Shown here: in pieces, positions 43,867 through 55,740 of the stretch
How the letters are laid out: every line of letters begins with the position of its first letter
Numbering within the stretch: position 1 is the first letter of the stretch
Assembly: GCF_006345805.1 (NCBI RefSeq)
Contig: NC_043002.1
Coordinates: 7,378,001-7,442,000, forward strand
Reading direction: 5' to 3'
Source: Octopus sinensis
Lineage: Eukaryota
DNA length: 64,000 nt
Made by a program: the position numbers and the translations under genes
The notes under the pieces: generated by a model
Databases searched by the model: none
The model's input: the letters and a program-made list of their open reading frames with translations, nothing else
Told to the model about the DNA's origin: nothing

Positions 43867-44754
43867 CTATAAATATTATATATATGTCTATAAATAATAC
43901 ATGCATATATATACATATATATATATATATATATGCAACTATAATATGTCTATATATATTATATATATGCATACGTATATATATGTCTATATATATATAT
44001 ATATGCATACCTATATATGTCTATATATATAATATATATATATGTGCATACGTATATATATGCATACCTATATATGTCTATATATATATATATATATCAT
44101 ATATATATATATATATGCATACCTATATATATATATGCAATACCTCTATATATATATGCATACCTATATATATATCTATATATACGCACATATATATAAG
44201 CACACGTACAGACTGTGGCAGCTTAATTTGTACTATTGGTATCAGTGTGTAGCCCCTGTTATATATCTTCATATACAAACATAGATGCATATACATATAT
44301 ATATACATATACGCATATATACATATAGGATATGCACGTGCACACATACTGATATTCGTTACACACATTACGCTATATAAAAACAAACGCGCTCCTATTT
44401 GCTATTAGATCCATGTTGCTTAATATGTTTTTAAATGATTTTACATGTTATTTTTGAGTGGATCATAGCGGATGTGAATATTTACAACAATAACAACGAG
44501 CGTATTTTAGAGATGGATAGGTACATACATCACTTGCAGCATGAGTGTAAGATAAATATATAAACAGTTTCTGCTTTAAAGTAAATAATTATACACACAC
44601 ACACGCGCGCATACACGCATACACATATAGTTTGATAATACGAATTTGGAGAGTACAAATCCAAAAAGTTTGCAAGTGTATACACACACACACGCACAGA
44701 CTCACATACAACCACAGACACAGAGACACAACACGCATATATGTATATATATAT

Positions 44755-44797
<43 letters not shown>

Positions 44798-44819
44798 CAC
44801 ACACATGCACGCACATATT

Positions 44820-44975
44820 ACCGGCTTCATTCAGTTTGCGTCTATCAATTACAGTCAGAAAATTTTGTGCCGCCCGGCTATAGTACAATACACTTGCCCA
44901 ATGTGCCACGCACTGCGACTAAACCCAGAACCACATTGTTGGGACGCAAATTTCTTACCATTCTGCCACACCGCG
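44820..44975 (-). mobile_element. SINE family B head fragment
   Basis: 'cacttgcccaatgtgccacgcac...aaacccagaaccacat...cttaccattctgccacacc'. Confidence 0.6.
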
Positions 44976-45563
44976 TCTATATATATATATACACACAGAT
45001 TATATATATATATATATATACATGCATATATATACATATATATATACGCACATAATATATAGAAATATTCACATATAATTTATATACATAGAGACACAAC
45101 ATGTGTATGTATGTATGTATGTATGTATGTATGTATGTATGTGTAGATGTATAAGCCCTCCAGGTACAATAAACGATAGCAAAAACAAATATGGAGGATG
45201 TAGTACTAGATACTGAGAAGTAGACTTCAATTTCAGTGGAGCCTTGTATTTGCTGGTACTCTTATTTTCTATACGTGAAGCATGAATATAGGCCGCCATA
45301 TAAGATATACTCAATCCAATATGGCGACCGAACGTACAACGCTATTTTCGCATAGATGAACTGCAAAGACTAGTCGAGTCAGTACTGGTCCTATCCGATG
45401 AAATTAATTTTAATACTTATCTGTGGAAATGTATGTTGATACTTTTAATACTCTCACTGTATGTGTGTGCGTGTGAGTGTGAGTGTGTGTGTGTGTGTGT
45501 GCATACACACGCACACTTGTGTATGTATGCATATATATATGTATATATAGATATATAGATATA

Positions 45564-45976
45564 GGCGCAGGAGTGGCTGTGTGGTAAGTAGCTTGCTTAC
45601 AAGCCACATGGTTCCAGGTTCAGTGCCACTGCGTGGCACCTTCGGCAAGTGTTTTCTACTATAGCCTCGGGCCGACCAAACCCTTGTGAGTGGATTTGGT
45701 AGACGGAAGCTGAAAGAAGCCCGTTGTATATATGTATATATATATGTATGTGTGTGTGTGTGTGTTTGTATATATTTGTGTGTTAGTTTGTCCCCCACCC
45801 CCACCCCCACATCGCTTGACAACTGATGCTGGTGTGTTTAAATCCCCGCAACTTAGCGCTTCGGCAAAAGAGACCGATAGAATAAGTACTAGGCTTACAA
45901 AAGAATAAGACCAGGGCCGATTTGCTCGACCAAAGGCGGTGCTCCAGCATGGCCACAATCAAATGACTGAAACAAG

Positions 45977-45977
<1 letters not shown>
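45564..45977 (+). mobile_element. SINE family B, full-length reference copy
   Basis: tRNA-like head 'ggcgcaggagtggctgtgtggtaagtagcttgc...ggttcagtgccac', core, internal (TA)/(TG) tract, 3' half ending 'aaatgactgaaacaagta'. Confidence 0.88.
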
Positions 45978-46010
<33 letters not shown>

Positions 46011-46019
46011 GATGGTAGT

Positions 46020-46570
46020 CCACTCGTGACTGAGGAAGTCCATCACTGACCATTGTGCATGCCATGATGGCAGCAATGTCCGTGCATGAGGTTATTGCAC
46101 CAGCAGTCGGCTTCCTTCGAGCTCGCGTCCACCATTTACATGCTCAAAACCATGCTTTCTATCTTGACTCAGCATCAGATTGTAGCCTCACCGGCACGAG
46201 CATAACCTAAAATTTTAGGCCCAAAAAGGCTTGCGTAGCCCACCACACAACATATCCACCCTGTTAACAGGATTTATAGACGAGCCAGGGCAAGATATCC
46301 AGTGACCTTCTCCTGGAGACATGTTTTAACAAAAACAATAGGTGTCTCACGCCCACTGGTCTTCCAGCACGCTGGACACCGACCCTAAGATTTCTAAGGA
46401 GCCTTACTATTACTACACTCGGTTAATGCGTCCTTTTTGACAGGTCTTGTTTTGACTCCTTCAAGTTTTGTAGTACCCCTCCTCATCACGCAACTTTAGT
46501 GGCGGTGCCGGTTTCATTCCTGAAAACCCGACCATGCTACAGGTTATAACTGGATCATATTTTACCAGTG
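46020..46570 (-). pseudogene. RTE-like LINE ORF C-terminal relic
   Basis: Minus-strand fragments HVSRR..ILPWL, GGLRKPFW and CKWWTRARR follow the order GHVxR / GRPRKxW / DRxxWR typical of RTE-clade ORF ends; decayed. Confidence 0.4.
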
Positions 46571-46644
46571 GCACTCATGAGAAAAATCACAAGTGGCCTC
46601 ACACACACACTATACACACACTACACACACACACACATATATAT

Positions 46645-46860
46645 TCATTATTTCTTTCACTTGTTTCAGTCATTTGATTGCGGCCATGCTGGAGCACCGC
46701 CTTTAGTCGAATAAATCGACCCCAGGACTTATTCTTTGTAAGCCTACGACTCATTCTGCTGGACTCTTTTGCCGAACCGCTAAGTTATGGTGCTGTAAAC
46801 ACACCAACATCAGCTGTCAAGCGATGGAGGGGGACAAACAGACAACCACACACATACACA
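46645..46860 (-). mobile_element. SINE family B, 3' half
   Basis: 'cacttgtttcagtcatttgattgcggccatgctggagcaccgcctttagtcgaataaatcgacccc'. Confidence 0.8.
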
Positions 46861-47534
46861 CACACACACATATGTACATATGGGTATATCTCTCTATGGG
46901 CACATATATTTATAACTATGTGTACACATAGAGAATACAATAGATTTCTCATTGTCACTATGAGTATTCTGTCCAATTCCAAAACATGGAGTTACTACAA
47001 ATAGTAGCAAAACATATAAGTACGAAGTAGATAAAAAAAAATTCCACCTCCAATATACATTGCACAACATTGCAGTCTTCACTTCCTACGAAGGCACTAC
47101 AATTCTTTGTCCGGGTCTCACTAGATATTGCCTGTTTTATGGTTGATGTGGTCATTGTTGTTATTTGAGGTCTTTGATAAGTATGAAGATGATTATTATT
47201 ATTATTTGAAACTTTTTTACCCAAACTGAAAGCGTGTATATATATATATATATATTATTATATATATATATATATATATACATACAAATGGGACAAGAAC
47301 GCCAAATATCCAGAAGACGATACAGAAACCCGACGGTCATTCGAAGCCTTTAATCGTCAGTCAAGAACCGGATCATCCATGCAATTTCGGCTGATTAATC
47401 TTGATATATATATAATATATATACACACACACATATATATATATATACATATATATATGTGTGCGTGTGTGTGTGGTGTGTGTGTGTGTGTGTGTGTGTG
47501 TTTGTATGTAGTATGTTGTATTGTTTATGTATGT

Positions 47535-47634
47535 NNNNNNNNNNNNNNNNNNNNNNNNNNNNNNNNNNNNNNNNNNNNNNNNNNNNNNNNNNNNNNNNNN
47601 NNNNNNNNNNNNNNNNNNNNNNNNNNNNNNNNNN
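47535..47634. other. assembly gap (100 N)
   Basis: Run of exactly 100 N, a typical placeholder for a gap of unknown size. Confidence 1.
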
Positions 47635-47719
47635 GAATTCTATGAAACTTCACTTCATTTCACTTCAAATGAGACTGAAGTTGTCCATGTAATGGAACTG
47701 ATGGTAAATGCTACGATAG

Positions 47720-47915
47720 GCTCTATGGGGTGGCTAGACCTACTAGAAATAGCAGCCAAATCTCCCTCAAATAAAACTTTACAGTCGTTAGAAATATGAA
47801 ATACACGTTGGATAATGTAGTTCTAGATGGATTATTTCTGAAAACTAGGAGTGATCATAGCTGGAAGCCTTTAACCAAATGTTCATCTGAGACTAAACAA
47901 CAAGAACAGCATATG
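47720..47915 (+). repeat. dispersed repeat family C, representative copy
   Basis: 'ctagaaatagcagccaaatctccctcaaat...ttggataatgtag..ctagat...catagctggaa.cct...ctaaacaacaa'. Decayed relatives at about 1140-1290, 1700-1980, 5690-6030, 32100-32300, 37950-38420, 39010-39215, 39990-40280, 41840-42030, 53720-53900 and 57900-58060. Class not determined; the (CAA)n-like tail suggests a retroposon. Confidence 0.7.
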
Positions 47916-48101
47916 CAAATAAAATCCAGAAGGTTTAGCTGTCTATCTACTGATTTTGTTTATTGTTGCTGCTTAACTTTGCGTCAACATTGGTCAAGCA
48001 ACGCTGTGATCAAGTGTTTCAACCGTAAATATCCCGTCTTTATTTTTGGCATAGTATGTCTAGGACTACATTATCTAATGTATCCATTTTTCAAAGATTA
48101 A

Positions 48102-48341
48102 GGCGGCGAGCTGGCAGAAACGTTAGCACGCCGGGCGAAATGCGTAGCCGTATTTCGTCTGCCGCTACGTTCTGGGTTCAAATTCCGCTGAGATCGACTT
48201 TGCCTTTCATCCTTTCGGGGTCGATAACTTAAGTACCAAGTTACGCACTGGGGTCGATATAATCGACTTAATCCGTTTGTCTGTCTTTGTTTGCCCCCTC
48301 TGTGTTTAGCCCCTTGTGGGTAGTAAAGAAATAGGTATTTT
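48102..48341 (+). mobile_element. SINE family A monomer with tail 1
   Basis: Near-consensus head, core and tail; ends 'aaagaaataggtatttt'. Confidence 0.92.
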
Positions 48342-48996
48342 GAGGTAGATTTGGCAGGTATTTATTTCTAACATGTGGGACTGACCATGTGGTGGATACC
48401 TCGTCGTTGTTCCATAGGCCATTTGCTGAGCGATAAACAATAACTTGTGTAGTTCTTTCATGCACGGGTGCGTGTACACGCGCATGCGCACACACAATGT
48501 CTCTCTTTTTTTTTTCTCTCGTTCTCTTTGCTTGGCTATACTCAACAAAATAAAATATATTCATTCATTCAAAGCCAGAAGCTTACCCTCTGTTGCCACT
48601 CCGGGTTTCTTGCTATCTCCTCCAGCCTACAGCTTTTTCTCTCTTTCTCACCCTCACTTTCACATATGTGTGTGTGTGTGTGTGTTTCTGCGTGTATGTA
48701 TGTATTTATGTGTGTGTGTATATATATATATATTGATATATGTATATATGTAAATGTGTGTGTACGTGAATGCACTCATGCACACAGATGTACATGCACA
48801 TATACACACACATACACACGCACACATACAGTCACACACACTCACACACACACTCACATATACCCCCACCCCACATACACTCTCACACACACACATTCAC
48901 ACACATACACATACACACACACACACATACACACACACATACACACACACACAAACAGTCACACACACTCGCATATACCCCCATCCTACATACACG

Positions 48997-49028
<32 letters not shown>

Positions 49029-50273
49029 TACACACACACTCTCTCTCACACACACACACACACACACTCACACGCACACACACATCATATATCATTTGTC
49101 TGTTTCAGAATGGACTTTTCCAATTATTATTTATTTATTTATTTCATTTTATTTTATTTTTGTTATTAAATCAAATATTTTCCATCATTTATTTATTAAT
49201 CTATTTTTTATTTGTTTCCTTATATATCTAGATTTGATTTTTATTTGTTATTTTCCCCTATTTTCTATCAATGTTTCAACTAAATTCGATAAATCGATTT
49301 CCATCAATGAATGCCAAGTAAAGATTTTATATTTATTGGGGACATAATGATTAATATCTCTGTGTTTTCCCAATCACCTAGACTGACATTGATATAATAA
49401 AAGTTCGTTAAAAACAACCCTGTAATGAACGAGGTAGACTCACTTTCTCCCTGATATAGATCGCCAGGGAAACGGTTTCGATCACTGACTACTCACTATT
49501 GAAATATACAATAAATTCACGCACACTCACGTGCACAGATTTTACAGTACGTATGTGCATGCATGCTTGCATTTTTCGCTTACTGTTTGTTAGTCAAAAT
49601 ATACAAGCAGGAGTGGCTGTGTGTGTGTGTGTGTTAACCCGGGTAGGTGTGAAAATGAGAGAATGGAGCATTTAGCACGTGTTCTTCAAGTTGGTGATAT
49701 ATAGTAATAATAACTACGGTTAATACTTTTCAAAGTTTCGTAGGTCTAGATACGGGTCTACATCGCGAGTTGGGGTGAGAGATTGACTCAGAAAGAAGGT
49801 CTTGAAGTTTTGGGCCTTCGAAACTAAGCGATGTATATGCATATGCGTGGTTTTGTATATCCGCGTATGCATATGCATGTATATGTATATGCGTATGTGT
49901 GTGCGTATAGAAATGTGTAAATGAACAAAATAATGCGTGCATGGGCACATATACGTGTGTATGTGCGTGTATGCGTGTACGCATGTATATATGTGTGCAT
50001 GTATACATACATATATATATATATATATATATGGCTGTCATACATATATACATATACAGTATATACATATATGCCTATATGTGTGGATGTTTGTGTGTCC
50101 GTACACATGCAATAATTGATATGATACAAAAAGAAACATCTCCTAATATAATCATATAAATAGATGAGGGTGGATCTGCAATCCACGCTGAAATGATTAT
50201 ACGTGGGGACCAAATATACGCCGAGCTATACTAAATGGCATCTCATGTATCACCCCTATATATACACTTTTAT

Positions 50274-50447
50274 CGTCTGCGTTGCGTTCTGAGTTCAAAT
50301 TCCGCCGAGGTCGACTTTGCCTTTCATCCTTTCGGGGTCGATAAATTAAGTACCAGTTACGTACTGGGGTCGATGTAATCGACTTAATCTTTTTGTCTGT
50401 CTTTGTTCGTCCCCTCTGTGTTTAGCTCCTTGTGGGTAGTAAAGAAA
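50274..50447 (+). mobile_element. headless unit-length SINE family A copy with 17-bp TSD
   Basis: TSD tatatatacacttttat at 50257-50273 and 50448-50464; the element starts at 'cgtctgcg', lacks the A box and keeps the B box. Confidence 0.88.
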
Positions 50448-50769
50448 TATATATACACTTTTATTGTTATTGCTATACTTATTGCTGGTAAATACCAGCA
50501 GGCCCCACGCTGTCACATACCAGCAAATGGTTCTCACACTACTTGTCTATAGTCATAGACTGATGAATTGGTTCGCTCCCCGGTTTGATTCGGGTACGTG
50601 ATGTTGATAAGCCACAAAAATGGCGAAATATCGGTATCCATCATTTGCCATTGGGATTGGAGTAGAGTTGTCTCACCTGTCCGATGACCTTCAGGTGTTT
50701 TAAACCCAGAACTATAAAAGAGTCGTTCTCAAAGTGCTATGTCGCAGCCGACTGGCAAGCAAGCAAGTA

Positions 50770-50940
50770 AGCTCACTTGTTGAGTACGTGAGTTGCTTCC
50801 TAAGTACATGGTTCAGTAGTCAGTCCCACTGCATGGCACTTTGGGCTAGTCTCTTCTTCTATAGTCTCGGGCCGACCAAAGACCTGTGAGCGGATTTAGT
50901 AGACGGAAGCTGAAAGAAGTCCGTCGTTTATGTGTGTGTA

Positions 50941-50982
<42 letters not shown>

Positions 50983-51152
50983 TACATCACCATAATTTAG
51001 CGGTTCGGTAAAAGAAACCGATAGAATAATTACCAGGCTTTAAGACAATGAGTCCAGGGATCGATACATTCAATTAAAAATTCTTCAAGGCTTTGCCCCA
51101 GCATGGCCGCAGTCTAATGACTGAAACAAGTAAAAGCTAAACGATAAAAGAT
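50770..51152 (+). mobile_element. SINE family B, diverged
   Basis: Head, core, (TG)n and 3' half ending 'gactgaaacaagtaaaag'. Confidence 0.75.
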
Positions 51153-51196
51153 ATGGCAATACGACAGCTGAAACCAGAAGCCCATCTTGTAACGAA

Positions 51197-51597
51197 ATAT
51201 TCTACTCTAGGCACAAGGCACGAAATTTTGTAAAGGGGACCAGTCGATTAGATCGACCCCAGTACGCAACAACAGGTTCTTAATTTATCAACCCTGAAAG
51301 GATGAAAGGCAAAGTCGACCTCGGCGGAATTTGAACTCAGAACATAAAGACAGACGAAATACCTATTTCTTTATTACCCACAAGGGGTTAAACATAGAGG
51401 GGACAAGCAAGGACAGACAAACGGATTAAGTCGATTATATCGAACTCAGTGCGTAACTGGTACTTATTTAATCGACCCCGAAAGGATGAAAGGCAAAGTC
51501 GACCTCGGCGGAATTTGAACTCAGAACATAACGGCAGACGAAATACCGCTAAGCATTTCGCCCGGCGTGCTTAACGTTTCTGCCAGCTCGCCGCCTT
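51197..51597 (-). mobile_element. SINE family A chimera: head-core-tail1-core-tail2
   Basis: Head at ~51597, junction at ~51350-51370, final tail 'aaaatttcgtgccttgtgcctagagtagaa' on the minus strand. Confidence 0.85.
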
Positions 51598-51623
51598 CTA
51601 GTAAGGAAATATTGAATGAAATA

Positions 51624-51869
51624 CAGGGTGTTCAAAAAGTCCCTCAGCAGTAAGTATTTTATGAATAAGATGGTATAAGACCACAAAAGTATATATTAGA
51701 TTTTACAAGACTTTAAAAACTTTATAAGAGGTGTTCAAAGTGTCATCCTTCATTTTCAATACATAAGTTGACTCTTCTACACATGTATTGAAATACATGT
51801 TGGAAAGTCTGACTCTTGGAGAGACAGGAGGAAAAAAATTCAGTGCGGAGAGACTTTTTGAACACGCTA
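51624..51869. mobile_element. Tc1/mariner-type MITE with TA TSD
   Basis: TA|cagggtgttcaaaaagtc ... gactttttgaacacgcta|TA; 18-bp TIR with 2 mismatches; 246 bp, no ORF. Confidence 0.85.
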
Positions 51870-51954
51870 TATAACTAGTTTCTTTTGAATTAATTGTGAA
51901 TTCGTTGGATCACATCATAGTCTTTATCTTTCTATCCCGCCTCCTTACCTATTT

Positions 51955-52057
51955 ATCAATCATTTTTATCAATCATTTTTATCAATCACTTTTATCAATC
52001 ACTTTTATCAATCATTTTTATCAATCACTTTTATCAATCATTTTATCAATCATTTTA
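51955..52057. repeat. 13-bp minisatellite (atcaatcaYtttt), about 8 copies
   Basis: Read directly from the sequence. Confidence 0.9.
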
Positions 52058-52381
52058 TCTACCTGTCTGTTTGTCTATCGAACTGGAGGTTTGTCCTCTC
52101 TACCATTGTGATTGCCTGTTCTGTGCCGCTGTGCGTGTGTATGTATGTGTGTTTGTGTTTGCGAGTGTGCGCGTGTCTGTGTGTATGTGCGTGTGTGCGT
52201 ATACCTATCTGTGTCTGTGTATGTGTGTGCGCGTGTGTATGTGCATATGTGATTGTGTGTGTGTGTGTGTGTGTGTGCATGTGGGTGTGTGTGTTTGTGT
52301 GTGTGTATGTGCATATGTGTGTGTGTGTGTGCATATGTGAGTGTGTGCATATATGTGTGTGTGCGTGTGTGTGCATGTGTG

Positions 52382-52427
<46 letters not shown>

Positions 52428-52491
52428 CGTCCCGTTGTGCAAATAGGATACACTCAGGAGCGGGATAGTGAGGAAAAAAGACAGAGAAATC

Positions 52492-52522
<31 letters not shown>

Positions 52523-53227
52523 GGACGTTTAGCACAGAGAACGAAGAAAAATTAAGAAAGCGAAAAAATTTTAAAAAGATATATATATATATAAGGCTAT
52601 AAAGAGGGATATACATCTGTGAGTGTGTGTGTATGTTATGTATTTGTGCGCGTGTGTGTGTATATACATGGTTCTGGATAGAAACCGAGCAAATATTTTG
52701 GGAAGTTTTACAACAAAACAAAAATCAAAAACGTTAAGAATAAGAAAATCAGTACAAATTAAAAAAAAAAAAACAAAACAAAAACAGCAGAATAACATTT
52801 TTTTTTTAAAGAAAGCCATCAGAACAACAACTAGAACTACAACATCAAAAATGTCGACGACAATATAAAGGAGGCGGTCGGTTGGCGTTGAAAGGCCAGC
52901 CCTTGTTGTCTAACATGGTAGACAGGATGACAGGTCACACAGCGAGAGAGAACTAGTAGGAAGAATGAGAGGGGGTGGGAAGGAGGAGGAGGAGAAAGCC
53001 AACGTTTGGTGGGAGGGGAGAGGGAGAGGGAGAGAGAGCTTGTATAAGAGGTGGAGGGGGGCAGAGACGTTAATGTAAAACATGGAGGAAGGGTGGAAAT
53101 GAAGTAAGGAAGAGAAGCGCTCTAGATTTGATGCACGCCCCAGTAAACCCGAAAGACACGCAAGCAGGCATACACATACAAGTAACAATGCAAGCAGAGA
53201 AGCACGCATAGATCACCCAAGGAAGAT

Positions 53228-53700
53228 ACGAACACACACATACACGCATACATACACATACAAACACACATACACACATACACATACAAACACGCACATA
53301 CACACATACACATACACACATACATATACATACAAACACGCACGTACACACATATACATACACACATACAAACACGCACGTACACACATATACATACACA
53401 CATACATATACATACAAACACGCACGTACACATATATACATACACACATACATATACATACAAACACGCACATACACACATACACATACACACATACACA
53501 CATACATACACATACAAACACACATACACACATACACACATACATACACATACAAACACACATACACACATACACATACACACATACATACACATACAAA
53601 CACACATACACACATACACATACACACATACACATACACACATACATACACATACAAACACACATACACATACACACATACATACACATACAAACACAAA
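53228..53700. repeat. compound (CATACA)/(CACATA) repeat
   Basis: Read directly; explains the overlapping VCM-rich ORFs. Confidence 0.95.
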
Positions 53701-54077
53701 CCTTAGTTAACGAAGGAACGTCTATATGGCTGCCCAACTTGCTTGAAAGGACAACCAAATCCCCACTCAATCGACTTATAAATGGAAAGAGGCATTAGAT
53801 AACACAGACTTGTTTATATCTGGGGAAAGGCAGGATGGTCATAGAAGGCACGTCTTTGCTCAGTCAGGGTTAGCTGGGAGCCTGAAAACCACAATAACAA
53901 GATATTGGTTTCGAATTTCGTGACAAGGTCGGTCATTTTGGAGGAGCGGGCATGACGAATACATCGAACCCAGTACTCCACTGGTACTTATTCTATCGAC
54001 CTCCGAAAAGGATGAAAGGCAAAGTCAACCTCGGCAGAACTTGAACTAGGTTTCCCCCCACTCTCTCTGTGTGTGTG

Positions 54078-54153
<76 letters not shown>

Positions 54154-54235
54154 AAGGGTGAAAAGGAACACACGAGTTGATATATATGAAAAAACAAGTA
54201 AAAAATAGAAAATGCTAAAATAATTTTATAGTGAA

Positions 54236-54283
54236 CATTTCAGTACCGGTTTCGGTCATTTTGAGACCTTTTCAACTGTAACG
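54236..54283 (-). ncRNA. hammerhead-like motif, U3:A8 variant (left arm)
   Basis: Exact reverse complement of 54531-54578. Confidence 0.6.
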
Positions 54284-54530
54284 ATTAAATAATTAAATTT
54301 AGAAAATTAGAAGAAAAGTTTTCTTAAAAGAATATTTCTATAGTAGTGTTCAGATTTAAGTGGCATTCTGCCTTTCTCTGACTCCCTTGTTTGCACTTGT
54401 GTGTTCGAACACACAAGTGCAAACAAGGGAGTCAGAGAAAGGCAGAATGCCACTTAAATCTGAACACTACTATAGAAATATTCTTTTAAGAAAACTTTTC
54501 TTCTAATTTTTCTAAATTTAATTATTTAAT

Positions 54531-54578
54531 CGTTACAGTTGAAAAGGTCTCAAAATGACCGAAACCGGTACTGAAATG
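54531..54578 (+). ncRNA. hammerhead-like motif, U3:A8 variant (right arm)
   Basis: cgttacag-TTGAAAA-ggtc(tcaaaat)gacc-GAAA-CCGG-TA-ctgaaatg: 8-position stem I with one mismatch, 4-bp stem II, palindromic ACCGGT stem III, GUA cleavage triplet. Confidence 0.6.
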
Positions 54579-54658
54579 TTCACTATAAAATTATTTTAGC
54601 ATTTTCTATTTTTTACTTGTTTTTTCATATATATATATATATATATACATATAGATAG

Positions 54659-54735
<77 letters not shown>

Positions 54736-55068
54736 CATACATACATACATACGTACATAAAACTTACTTGGAAAAGGATGCGTGGTGGTCGGTCATATAA
54801 TAATATAAGTAATATATAAATATATGCATATATACATACATATATGTACATACCTACATATATATGTATATATACATGTATATATGGGTACAGGACATAA
54901 AAATAAATGTTGAACACAATGAGAAACGAAAACATAAAAACAAGAACGCTGAAACGAACTTTTTTTCGAACAACGAAAAAAACAAACACAGAAGCGAGAC
55001 ATGCAACATAAAGAATATTCCCCTTCTTCAGTTGTCCCTGTTTCATCTACTCCACGTTTCGAAGGCAA

Positions 55069-55119
<51 letters not shown>

Positions 55120-55130
55120 TAATAATGATA

Positions 55131-55210
<80 letters not shown>

Positions 55211-55226
55211 CATTATTATTATTATT

Positions 55227-55664
55227 GTTATGGTTTTTCCTTCTTTCTTCAAATTTTCTTCCGTTACTCGCCGAGTGTTTTCCATACACCTAGGGCAGAG
55301 AAGGCCATTGTATGCATTCCCAGATTACACGCGCAAATTCACAGATAAAATATGTATTTAAAAATTAATAAATAAATAAATTCATTGATGGATATTATTT
55401 TCACAGCGATAGTGCTCTTCTCAGTACATGAGCCGTTCCAGTTAATACGATTTTTTGCACTTCCTGTAGGGATGGTAAGCCTGGAATCATTTTCAAATAG
55501 GTTTCAGTACCTTTTTTTATCATTCCTAGAGATCCTACAAACACTGGTACTGTAGTCGCCTTGAGATGCCACATTTTTTCAATTTCTATTAGCAGGTCTT
55601 TATATTTACTAATCTTGTCAAATTCTTTCGCCGCTATATTGTGATCACAGGGAATACTCGGGGA
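55227..55664 (-). mobile_element. R4/Dong-clade non-LTR retrotransposon, 5'-truncated, within (AAT)n
   Basis: Restriction-like endonuclease C-terminus plus about 170 nt of 3' UTR; (ATT)n on both flanks on the plus strand. Confidence 0.85.
55401..55658 (-). CDS. C-terminal 85 codons of an R4/Dong ORF (restriction-like endonuclease end); absent from the ORF track
   Basis: Uninterrupted frame SIPCDHNIAAKEFDKISKYKDLLIEIEKMWHLKATTVPVFVGSLGMIKKGTETYLKMIPGLPSLQEVQKIVLTGTAHVLRRALSL*, matching the R4/Dong pattern KxxKYxDLxxExxxMW..xxPVVxGxLG..LQKxxLxGTAxILR. No start codon; a truncated fragment. Confidence 0.85.
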   Translation of the reverse strand, partial: SIPCDHNIAAKEFDKISKYKDLLIEIEKMWHLKATTVPVFVGSLGMIKKGTETYLKMIPGLPSLQEVQKIVLTGTAHVLRRALSL

Positions 55665-55693
55665 TATTATTATTATTATGATTATTATTATTA

Positions 55694-55740
<47 letters not shown>

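Larger units (their letters stand above)
54180..54634. repeat. 455-bp zero-spacer palindrome
   Basis: Centre gtgttc|gaacac between 54406 and 54407; arms of 227 and 228 nt differ only by one T in a homopolymer at ~54507-54511. Confidence 0.97.

Noticed and set aside
47335-47402. Minus-strand 'cagccGAAA...CTGACGA' (possible type II hammerhead)
   Set aside because: G falls at position 17 and the stems are out of register.
51955-52057. Regular 13-bp repeats as a CRISPR-like array
   Set aside because: No spacers; an ordinary minisatellite in eukaryotic DNA.
55018-55066. Minus-strand 'ccttcGAAACGTG...CTGAAGAagg', split hammerhead halves
   Set aside because: Halves are in the wrong order for type I and G is at position 17; perhaps a truncated tandem relic, but not supportable.
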